From Candidatus Collierbacteria bacterium (GTDB lineage Bacteria > Patescibacteriota > Microgenomatia > UBA1400 > JACPES01): a stretch of DNA of 64,000 nucleotides. The first letter of the stretch is position 1; every line of letters starts with the position of its first letter. The stretch is taken from assembly GCA_016183365.1 (NCBI GenBank), contig JACPES010000002.1:12779-76778 (forward strand), in the 5' to 3' direction. The notes beneath the pieces were generated by a model. That model did not search any database, had not been told where the DNA came from, and was given only the letters and a program-made list of their open reading frames with translations. The position numbers and the translations under genes are program-made. This document shows positions 7,875-15,530 of this stretch, piece after piece.

Positions 7875-8534
7875 ATGAACAGAAGACTTTTTATTTTGGG
7901 ATTGGTGTTTGTGGGATTGCTGGCTTTCCCAAAATTTGCTGTGGCTTCGGAGGGAACAGCTTTATTGACTTCGGTAGATAACGACTCCCGGTGCTTTTTG
8001 GCTTCAGTCTTGGTGGATGAAGGGGATTATCAAGTGGTTATGACTTGCCGGAATTTAACTACTCCCCCCGACGCCAACCGACTGTTTTATCTGGCTTGGG
8101 CGCGGCGTAAGGGCGCGGCAGAAGGACAGCAGGCTAAAACAGGGGGCTTAAAATTAGGCAAAGGAGTCTATTTCTCTTTAGGAGATATATCCGGCGGCAA
8201 ATTGAACGCCAGGGCCAGAGAAGCCTTTGAAGAAATATTGGTGACCGCGGAAGCTGATTCCGGTGTCAGCCAGCCCAGTTTAAGCGCTTTAGTTGTTTCC
8301 GGGCCGATGAGGGAGATTGATTTCGGAGATTCCGGTCAAAGCAATCTAAAATTTTTGCCGACCTCGACTATTGTCAAGGTGACATTAGCTCCAACTCCTG
8401 GTAAAATCGTCCCGTCTGTCGCTCAAAAGAGCGTAGCAGGAACAGCCGCCAGAGTATTTTTTACGATACTGGCGATTATTGTAGTCGGGGCGGTAGTCAT
8501 CTCAATTATTCAACGTCGCAGCGCCAGTAGATAG
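7875..8534 (+). CDS. secreted or membrane-anchored hypothetical protein
   Basis: Signal peptide MNRRLFILGLVFVGLLAFPKFAVA and a C-terminal TM anchor (FFTILAIIVVGAVVISII). The ORF could start as early as 7806. Confidence 0.5.
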   Translation: MNRRLFILGLVFVGLLAFPKFAVASEGTALLTSVDNDSRCFLASVLVDEGDYQVVMTCRNLTTPPDANRLFYLAWARRKGAAEGQQAKTGGLKLGKGVYFSLGDISGGKLNARAREAFEEILVTAEADSGVSQPSLSALVVSGPMREIDFGDSGQSNLKFLPTSTIVKVTLAPTPGKIVPSVAQKSVAGTAARVFFTILAIIVVGAVVISIIQRRSASR

Positions 8535-8597
8535 AATAGGGGAAAAGAGTAAGAAGTATGGAGTAAGCAAAAAGTCAGATTTCTTGACTCCCATCAG

Positions 8598-8670
8598 AGC
8601 CGAGACCGGGAATCGAACCCGGGGCCTCATTCTTACCATGAATGCGCTCTGCCAACTGAGCTATCTCGGC
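8598..8670 (-). tRNA. tRNA-Thr (anticodon GGT)
   Basis: The reverse complement reads GCCGAGATAGCTCAGTTGGCAGAGCGCATTCATGGTAAGAATGAGGCCCCGGGTTCGATTCCCGGTCTCGGCT, giving a cloverleaf with anticodon loop ATGGTAA. Confidence 0.8.
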
Positions 8671-8868
8671 GTCATCGGAAAATTTTATCACACATCTTCT
8701 CCTTTTACTCTTTACTCTATACTTTTTACTCTATACTTTATACTCTAAATAATATATGTTAAGTTTCTTTACACCCTGTCTCATCTTTATTCCAGAGAGG
8801 AAATTTTTGGGTTAAGATCTCAATTATCAAGAGCGGCAACGTCAGTTTTATTAAATTTTGCTGAAGGG

Positions 8869-9060
8869 ATGATGTCTCTTTCTGATAAAGAAAGAAGAAG
8901 ATTCCTGCAAATTTGTATCAATTCAATAGGAGAAATTGTGGCTATCGGGGATTTGTCTTTAGACTTGAATTTTTTTACGGGTATCCAACATCAAGAAATT
9001 TTGGTAAAATCAGAAGATATAATTAAAAGGTTGTATGGTCTAAGGAGAAAGTATGTTTAA
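8869..9060 (+). CDS. small hypothetical protein
   Basis: 63-aa ORF only. Confidence 0.2.
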   Translation: MMSLSDKERRRFLQICINSIGEIVAIGDLSLDLNFFTGIQHQEILVKSEDIIKRLYGLRRKYV

Positions 9061-9096
9061 GTTTCTTACTCTTTACTCTATACTTTTTACCCCTAT

Positions 9097-9270
9097 ATGG
9101 CAAAAAAAGGTCCAAGACAAATTTTAGGATTAAAATGTTCGGTTTGCGGGAAGTTCGGTTATATCTCCGAGAAGAATAAAACCAACACTCCCAAAAAGCT
9201 GGCCATAAAGAAGTTCTGCAAGCGGTGTAGAAAACATATCATCCACAAAGAGACCTCAAGGTTAAAGTAA
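9097..9270 (+). CDS. rpmG: 50S ribosomal protein L33
   Basis: The translation MAKKGPRQILGLKCSVCGKFGYISEKNKTNTPKKLAIKKFCKRCRKHIIHKETSRLK has the four-Cys zinc ribbon typical of L33. It is under 60 aa, so it is absent from the ORF track. Confidence 0.8.
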   Translation: MAKKGPRQILGLKCSVCGKFGYISEKNKTNTPKKLAIKKFCKRCRKHIIHKETSRLK

Positions 9271-9317
9271 ATTTTCACCCCACGAGTTTTTCAGTCATTC
9301 TCGTCCCCGTGTGTCCT

Positions 9318-9378
9318 TCTCGCGCAGACGGGAATCTATTTAAATAGATTCCTGGTCAAGCCAGGAATGACAAAGTAC
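9318..9378. repeat. palindromic repeat, family C (gggaatctatttaaatagattcc ... ggaatgacaaagtacg)
   Basis: Related copies at 40556-40621 and, diverged, at 16543-16655. All three end 10-25 nt before a plus-strand ATG. Confidence 0.55.
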
Positions 9379-9857
9379 GAAACTTGTGATTTCTTGAAAA
9401 ACAACATTCATTAGCCAAACAATCAACAGAATTGAGAAGTTAATGATGACGCTTAGCGTCAAGGCTTCGGAAAGCGAAGAAATTATAATTAATAACGGTG
9501 AATCCGTGGTTAATGCCATATTAACGCCGGAAAAATAAAAACCGATTCCGGTTATAATTCCCAAAATTATAAGAGGTAGGGTGTGTTTGATATCTACCCA
9601 ACTTGGAAATAGAGAATTTGCAACCGTAAAAAATAAATATAGCTTGAATAAATCTGAAATCTGAAAATTCGAGTGTGGATGAAATCCACACGAGCGGTCC
9701 TAACCCGCTGTCTGCCCCCAAACCTGCCGACCAATCTTCCCAGCTCCGCCGTCATTTTCTGCCGTGTCAGGTACAAAAGTCTCAATCCCGCCAAGCTTAA
9801 TCCAATTTCTTTCACCATCAAAGAATACAGCAAAGTTAAGGAAAAGTTTTACCCACT

Positions 9858-9974
9858 TTATTCCAAGATAGCGAAAACCATGACCGTGAGACTATGGATG
9901 AAGCGATACAGATAGCCGCGGAGCGCACAGTGCGGAACAAAAAACCATGTGAATTGGCGCATGGTTTTTTTATA
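9858..9974. repeat. about 118-bp direct repeat, copy 1 (gene 3' end fragment plus terminator-like hairpin)
   Basis: Nearly identical to 11149-11266. It ends in aaaaaaccatgtgaattggcgcatggttttttt. Confidence 0.7.
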
Positions 9975-10229
9975 TTTTCCTACAGGTAAAGAGCAAAATC
10001 AACCACCTTGAACAGAATCGCAGTTTCCTCCATTTTCGCTAAACCATAATATCCGACTAGCAATGGTTCTTCGATTTTGCATACCCGTCTGGCTTTGCCT
10101 GAAGAGTCGACTTCAGTTCTAAACTGAAATAATCCTGTTCTCGTTTCAGCCATATAGTGAATATTTTATCCAGTATCCTGACAAAGTTTTTCTATCTTGA
10201 CGATTCGGTTTTCTATCAGTTATTATAAA

Positions 10230-10261
10230 TTCCAATTAATTAATCAATTAATTAATTGGAA
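10230..10261. promoter_or_regulatory. 32-nt near-perfect palindrome immediately upstream of the TrpR/YerC-like gene; putative operator
   Basis: ttccaattaattaatcaattaattaattggaa, 7 nt before the ATG. A second copy lies at 10748-10779 just after the stop, and a third variant lies inside the CDS at 52004-52034. Confidence 0.45.
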
Positions 10262-10267
10262 TAAATT

Positions 10268-10720
10268 ATGGCCAGGGTGTCTCTGCGTTGGCTTCAGCCG
10301 GAAGTAGAGGATAAAATTTACCAGCTTTTAGTTGAATGTGTGGCTTCGTGCCGTGATCAAAACGCCGCCGGCAATTTCATCGATGTTCTTTTGACTAAAA
10401 CTGAAAAATTGATGATTGGCAAGCGGATTGCAATCGCCCTGATGCTGATTAAAAACCATATTCCGTCGGAAATAGACGAAAAACTTAAAGTTTCGCAGAC
10501 GACTGTTTATACGGTTAAAACTTGGCTTGATGAGAAAGGTAAAGAATATCGGCAGTTGCTTAAAGAAATTGCCGATCGGGATGAAAGCCAACAAAGGAAA
10601 TATCAAGATTTGCGCCAAGAAGCCGCAGGCGGTTTCCTACCTCCGCGGCCGGGGACAAACTGGAAGGAATTCAAACGCAGCCAATGGCAAAAAGCCAAAT
10701 CCGCCAAAGTTCCATTTTAG
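10268..10720 (+). CDS. TrpR/YerC-YecD-like HTH DNA-binding protein
   Basis: FIDVLLTKTEKLMIGKRIAIALMLIKNHIPSEIDEKLKVSQTTVYTVKTW resembles the Trp-repressor-like YerC/YecD family. Confidence 0.5.
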   Translation: MARVSLRWLQPEVEDKIYQLLVECVASCRDQNAAGNFIDVLLTKTEKLMIGKRIAIALMLIKNHIPSEIDEKLKVSQTTVYTVKTWLDEKGKEYRQLLKEIADRDESQQRKYQDLRQEAAGGFLPPRPGTNWKEFKRSQWQKAKSAKVPF

Positions 10721-10747
10721 TTATTCTATTATTTTTTTCTTTATAAA

Positions 10748-10779
10748 TTCCAATTAATTAATCAATTAATTAATTGGAA
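10748..10779. promoter_or_regulatory. second copy of the 32-nt palindrome, downstream of the TrpR-like gene
   Basis: Sequence identical to 10230-10261. Confidence 0.45.
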
Positions 10780-10933
10780 TAAACGAGTGAGAGATTTTTT
10801 AAGATTTCTTAATAGAAACCTGTATAATTCTTAAAAGTGAGAGCAGAGTAAAAATAGGGCTGTAGTGAAATGGCCCGCCCGCAAAAGCTGTCGCTTTAGC
10901 GATTGCAGGCAGGCATCACGAGGTCTAAATTCT

Positions 10934-11007
10934 AGGGCTGTGATGAAATGGTATCATGGGGGTCTCCAAAACCCCTCTTTCAGGTTCGAATCCTGACAGC
11001 CCTGCCC
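10934..11007 (+). tRNA. tRNA-Trp (anticodon CCA)
   Basis: Acceptor AGGGCTG/CAGCCCT; D stem ATGA/TCAT; anticodon stem GGGGT/ACCCC with loop CTCCAAA; T arm TCAGG-TTCGAAT-CCTGA. Confidence 0.8.
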
Positions 11008-11103
11008 AGGTACCATACGATACCTGGTGGCGAGTGCAGAATTGTACCTGCTAAGGCACCATTCGGAGCCTGGCTTCGCCAGAAGCAAAAGCAGAATGTG
11101 CCG

Positions 11104-11146
11104 CCAATTGAAGGTCTGACCTTCAATATAGCTTCATATCAAGTAA
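11104..11146. repeat. REP-like palindromic element, copy 3
   Basis: ccaattgaaggtctgaccttcaatatagcttcatatcaagtaa. Confidence 0.7.
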
Positions 11147-11148
11147 TT

Positions 11149-11266
11149 TTATTCCAAGATAGCGAAAACCATGACCGTGAGGCCATGGATGAAGCGATAC
11201 AGATAGCCGCGGAGCGCACAGTGCGGAGCAAAAAACCATGTGAGTTGGCGCATGGTTTTTTTATAG
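11149..11266. repeat. about 118-bp direct repeat, copy 2
   Basis: See 9858-9974. Confidence 0.7.
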
Positions 11267-11293
11267 AGTAATTTCTACTGGGCTAAAACAATT

Positions 11294-11650
11294 TTGGGAT
11301 ACCCGTGGGATTTGACGACTTGGTGTAGACTAATGAGTAGAATGTCAGCTGAAGATCAGCTTAATGTACCACCGATTGTGCAGGAGATAGCGGGAGATGA
11401 TCCGACTCGTTTAGGGATTGTGGTTCATGCCTATCAATCTCTCTGGGATATGACCGTCTGCGGAAGAAATGGTGAATTGAGAACAGGATTTATTCAATGG
11501 CTAAATAACCCAAACCATTCTTGGTTAGAGGCGGAACCCATGATCGGAGAACGAACACCGCTGGCAAGATTGCGGGTGAGTATTGAGAGAGAAAAACAAA
11601 ATCTTCTGGCCAAAGGCCTAAACCCCTGTCCGGATTTCAGCTTAAATTAA
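11294..11650 (+). CDS. hypothetical protein
   Basis: 118-aa ORF with no recognisable motif. Confidence 0.35.
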   Translation: MGYPWDLTTWCRLMSRMSAEDQLNVPPIVQEIAGDDPTRLGIVVHAYQSLWDMTVCGRNGELRTGFIQWLNNPNHSWLEAEPMIGERTPLARLRVSIEREKQNLLAKGLNPCPDFSLN

Positions 11651-11725
11651 TCTTGTAAAATATCGAATACTTTGTCTGGGTCTTGACAGACGGGACCAGA
11701 ACATGATACAACTTACAAACTTCTT

Positions 11726-12328
11726 ATGAAGCGAAGCGTTTTATTAATTTCCCTGACGGTCTCGTTTCTAACTCTGCTAACTGCTCTGCCGGTTTTGGCC
11801 CAAGAGGCGACTCCGACTTCTGCCGCCCGCCGCGATCGGATTGAAAACCGGGTAGGGGAGCGGCAGTCTAATATGGAAAAGCGTAAAGCCGAAATCCAAG
11901 CCAAGCGGACCGAAAAACAACAACAAATCGTGGCCCTGATGAAAGAGAAGTTGTCCGCCGTCATCGACCGCCTCAATAATGCCGCCGGCCGCCTGCGCGA
12001 GCACGTGGGTAAATTAAGAAACCGGGCCGCGGAAGCAGCTAAAAATCTGGGAGCGGATACGTCTAAAGTTGAAACCGCTTTGAAAGAAACCGAAAGGCAT
12101 ATCGGCTTGGCAGAAACCGCGATTGCCGATCTCAAATCCAAGATATCCGGGCTGGAATCTACCAGTACTCCTAAAGATGTGGCCCAGACTTTTAGAACTG
12201 GTGTTCAGGGAATTAAAGTTCATTTTGAAGACGCCAGAAAAAATTTAGTTAACGCAGTCAAGGCATTGAAAGACGCGGCCAAAGAGGTCCGTCCAATCAG
12301 GCCGGCAGAACCGACAGGAGGAGAATAA
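11726..12328 (+). CDS. secreted coiled-coil hypothetical protein
   Basis: Signal peptide MKRSVLLISLTVSFLTLLTALPVLAQE followed by long charged helical repeats. Locally higher GC. Confidence 0.5.
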   Translation: MKRSVLLISLTVSFLTLLTALPVLAQEATPTSAARRDRIENRVGERQSNMEKRKAEIQAKRTEKQQQIVALMKEKLSAVIDRLNNAAGRLREHVGKLRNRAAEAAKNLGADTSKVETALKETERHIGLAETAIADLKSKISGLESTSTPKDVAQTFRTGVQGIKVHFEDARKNLVNAVKALKDAAKEVRPIRPAEPTGGE

Positions 12329-12472
12329 ATAGATATTTTGAAGATGAAAAATAGAGGTTCTTGATCTCGAATTCTTGACGATTTGATCACTTGATCAAAT
12401 ATTCAAGAAATCAAGAATATCAAGATCAAAAATTTCAAGAACATCTATCTTCAAGAAATCTATGATGAAAGA
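12329..12472. mobile_element. MITE-like repeat, family A, copy 3
   Basis: atagatattttgaagatg ... cttgatcacttgatcaaatattcaag ... catctatcttcaagaaatctat. Confidence 0.65.
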
Positions 12473-12490
12473 CAGGAAACTGGAACTAAA

Positions 12491-12754
12491 ATGAAAAATC
12501 TCAACAGAATCGCAATTTTAGCCGTTGCCGGAGTTTTTCTCTCCGCTTGTTCTTTAACCAATCCCGGAGCTTGGAAATCATCAGGAACGCAGGAGACAAC
12601 CAAGACAGCGGTATCTCCGACAGCAGCTCCGACTCAAACTATGGAAGAATTGGGGAATGAAACCGAGAAAGTTTTGGGGGAAGAATTGGATTCTGATTTC
12701 AAATCGATCGACGCCGACCTCAAACAGCTTGACGAAGAGTTGAAGAGCTACTAG
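12491..12754 (+). CDS. small lipoprotein
   Basis: Signal peptide with lipobox LSAC (MKNLNRIAILAVAGVFLSAC). Confidence 0.5.
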   Translation: MKNLNRIAILAVAGVFLSACSLTNPGAWKSSGTQETTKTAVSPTAAPTQTMEELGNETEKVLGEELDSDFKSIDADLKQLDEELKSY

Positions 12755-13325
12755 ATAAAGATTCGAAATCCAAAAGCACGAAAAACCTCCCGGAGAATTT
12801 TCAAAGATATCTTGCAATTGTTCCCGGACCAAAACCCAGGAGAAATTTATTCGGTTTTTTAGACGAGACAGGGAGTATACATAACCCACAAGACGTTTTT
12901 GGCGTTGGGCTTATTTCCATGATAAGCTTGAGCGCGCTTAGACGATCGTGAAAAACAAATCAAGGAAAAAATAAAAAAAACGACAAGAAGAAATGCGCTC
13001 TTTGGCATTTGCAGAGTTGAATCATATCCAGTTTCAGAAATACAGCTAGTCGATGTCCTCCTTGGTTCGGTCGCTTTTGCTTATAAGATTAAATTAGGCT
13101 TAATAAAACCATCCAGTCTAAACTAAACATCGATCTTTTATCGCAACAAGTAAATTCAAAAATAAGAAACGGAATCGAGTTTACCATAGAAGAGTTTTTT
13201 AAAAAGAAAGATGGCGCAGTGGACTCGATAGTCAACTAGGACCAGTCCACGCTCTCCATCTGTTGGTATGGTAGCAAAATTGTTTTTCAAAGTCAACCGT
13301 CAAATTTCGTGCTTAGAATTAATTT

Positions 13326-13958
13326 CTATATCAGTTTTCCGCCCCCGAGAAGAAGTTGCAGAAGAAATTGAATCACCGGCCCGGTCAGATAGAAAATCGG
13401 GGCGGTTCCTCCCCAAGGCAGAATCATCATAATCAATAGAATAGTTCCGAATTGAGCCTGGATTTGTTCCAATTCACGGGCTAAAGACAGGGGCAGAATT
13501 CCGGCTAAAATCTTGCCTCCGTCCAAAGGATGAATCGGGACGAAGTTGAAAACTGCGAGGACTACTGAAATGATTATAAATGGTTGGATTGTTAAGATGG
13601 TTAGGAGATTGTTGGGCAAAAAGCGCAACAGAATTGCCGCCGCCGCCGCCGTCAATAAATTTGAAGCCGGACCGGCGATGGAGATCAGCATCGTATCCCG
13701 TCTCGGATTTCTTAAATTAAACTGGTCGAATTGGACTGGTTTTCCCCAGCCAAAGCGGAATAGTATCAGCATCAAAGTTCCGATCGGGTCAAGATGGGCG
13801 AGGGGATTAAGCGTTAATCGTCCCTGAAGCCGGGGAGTCGGGTCGCCAAGGCGATCGGCGGCCAGAGCGTGGGCAAATTCATGGATCGAGATAGCCGCCA
13901 CAATCGCCAAAAGCGACGTCAAAAACGATAATGGAGAACTGATAAGATTTTCAATCAT
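13326..13958 (-). CDS. M50-family zinc metalloprotease (site-2-protease-like)
   Basis: HEFAHAL zinc motif, a polytopic membrane protein, and a C-terminal NFVPIHPLDGGKIL motif. Confidence 0.75.
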   Translation of the reverse strand: MIENLISSPLSFLTSLLAIVAAISIHEFAHALAADRLGDPTPRLQGRLTLNPLAHLDPIGTLMLILFRFGWGKPVQFDQFNLRNPRRDTMLISIAGPASNLLTAAAAAILLRFLPNNLLTILTIQPFIIISVVLAVFNFVPIHPLDGGKILAGILPLSLARELEQIQAQFGTILLIMMILPWGGTAPIFYLTGPVIQFLLQLLLGGGKLI

Positions 13959-14049
13959 TTTAGCCTTCTAGCCTTTTAATCCTTTTAACCTTTTTAACCT
14001 TTCTAGCCATTTTAGCCATTTTAACCATTTTTTATGTTATCATATCCCC

Positions 14050-14310
14050 ATGTCTTTAACTTGCGATAATTGCGGCAAAGGCAGGCAACGGGGCCACCGC
14101 GTTTCCCACGCCAAAAACCGCTCAATCCATTTTTTTAAGCCCAACTTGCACCGCCACCGAGTACTAGAGAAGGGGATTGCCGTCATCCGCGTCCTTTGCT
14201 CCCATTGCCTGAAAAAGCTAAAAAGACCAACAAATAGGGAAATCGTAAAGGCTAGACCTTTACGAAGATATCAATATGAGTTCGTCCGAACACTGCAAAA
14301 ACTGCGATAA
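14050..14310 (+). CDS. rpmB: 50S ribosomal protein L28
   Basis: CDNCGKGRQRGHRVSHAKNRSIHFFKPNLHRHRV matches the L28 consensus (C..C...VSHA.N...R.F.PNL). The C-terminus is longer than usual. Confidence 0.7.
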   Translation: MSLTCDNCGKGRQRGHRVSHAKNRSIHFFKPNLHRHRVLEKGIAVIRVLCSHCLKKLKRPTNREIVKARPLRRYQYEFVRTLQKLR

Positions 14311-14575
14311 CGATCATAATTTGTTGACAGCCAAGACTGCAGACGCTTACTTTTTCTGTCTCGCCGGAATCGGCGAGGCATGGTTTAAAGATTTAGGCCC
14401 TAGCTGTTTGGCCTGTGCTTTGTTGGCTGAAACCGGACACTATCGCCCCATTAATTACTTAGAACTGCGGAGGAAATTTCCTCTCCTGGCCGCGACCACC
14501 GCCACCGGCAACAGCAGTGAAACTTCCTCTCCTGCCCTTAACGAAGGCTGCAACGGCTTCATCTGGTCGAAATAA
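14276..14575 (+). CDS. Cys-rich hypothetical ORF (uncertain)
   Basis: 99-aa ORF that overlaps the rpmB 3' end in another frame. Confidence 0.2.
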   Translation: MSSSEHCKNCDNDHNLLTAKTADAYFFCLAGIGEAWFKDLGPSCLACALLAETGHYRPINYLELRRKFPLLAATTATGNSSETSSPALNEGCNGFIWSK

Positions 14576-14622
14576 TCTTACTTGTTAATTTATTGCGATA
14601 TTTGTGATACCATCGTTTCGTC

Positions 14623-15522
14623 ATGCCCGAATCAGTCCCTGATAAAGAATCTACTCCCAGTCCCTACATTTCTCCGGAAGAAGACAAAGACAACGCCGGC
14701 CGGCTAAAGCCTGATGTGGCATATCAAGTTCACCATGACATTCGCCAAGAAGCCAAACGACAAGGTTTAGAAGTTAAGCCCGATGATTCCCCGGAAGAAA
14801 AGGAACGCAAAAACCAAGCGCTCAAACAACTCTTTGAAGAAAGGAGCGACAGCGATTTATCCGACTATCAGGCCACTCAAATCGTCGATCTCGAAGAAAA
14901 AGCTAGCCGAGACTCGTTGACAGGACTGCTGAATAGACGGGAATTTGGGAGGTTATTTAGCGAGCTCCTTCAACAATCAAATGAATCCGATCAGCCGATT
15001 CTTTTTTTGATGATTGACCTGGATCATTTCAAAAAAATGAACGATACTTACGGTCATCGGGTTGGCGACCAAGCTCTCCAATACTTGGCTCGGACATTGA
15101 CGCAGTCCGTCGAGATCGGCGACTTGGTTGCTCGCTGGGGCGGCGAAGAATTTACTATCGCCGTCAAACCTAAAAGCGGTCAGATCCTTGATCTAGACAA
15201 ATTATTCATTATCGCCGAGCGTATTCGGGGAAAAACTATTGATTTACTATCTAGAGATAAATATCAACTTACGCTTGGGGCCCCGGAAGAAACACTTCCC
15301 GACAAGATTACTTTAAGCGTCGGCGCCACTCTTACCAAGTCGGGAGATACCCTGGAGACCGTTTGTCAGCGGGCGGATGAAAATTTGTATATAGCTAAAA
15401 AGTCTGGCCGCAACCAATTATTCGGCGATAACGGCAAAATCATTTTGACTCCGTCCCCGGGCGGCCCGCCAGAAACGCTCCCGCGAAGCGGGATTTCGCC
15501 GACTCAACTTCCTGTGAGCTGA
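14623..15522 (+). CDS. GGDEF-domain protein, putative diguanylate cyclase
   Basis: LTGLLNRREF ... DLDHFKKMNDTYGHRVGD ... RWGGEEF (GGEEF active-site motif). Confidence 0.8.
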   Translation: MPESVPDKESTPSPYISPEEDKDNAGRLKPDVAYQVHHDIRQEAKRQGLEVKPDDSPEEKERKNQALKQLFEERSDSDLSDYQATQIVDLEEKASRDSLTGLLNRREFGRLFSELLQQSNESDQPILFLMIDLDHFKKMNDTYGHRVGDQALQYLARTLTQSVEIGDLVARWGGEEFTIAVKPKSGQILDLDKLFIIAERIRGKTIDLLSRDKYQLTLGAPEETLPDKITLSVGATLTKSGDTLETVCQRADENLYIAKKSGRNQLFGDNGKIILTPSPGGPPETLPRSGISPTQLPVS

Positions 15523-15530
15523 AGAAAGAT

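Noticed and set aside
10948-11271. 107-aa ORF 10948-11271(+)
   Set aside because: It spans tRNA-Trp, a REP element and the 118-bp repeat. It is a chimeric read-through ORF.
11713-12223. Minus-strand ORFs 11713-12141, 11777-12004 and 12014-12223
   Set aside because: They lie antisense within the GC-rich secreted coiled-coil gene, and long antisense ORFs are expected there by composition.
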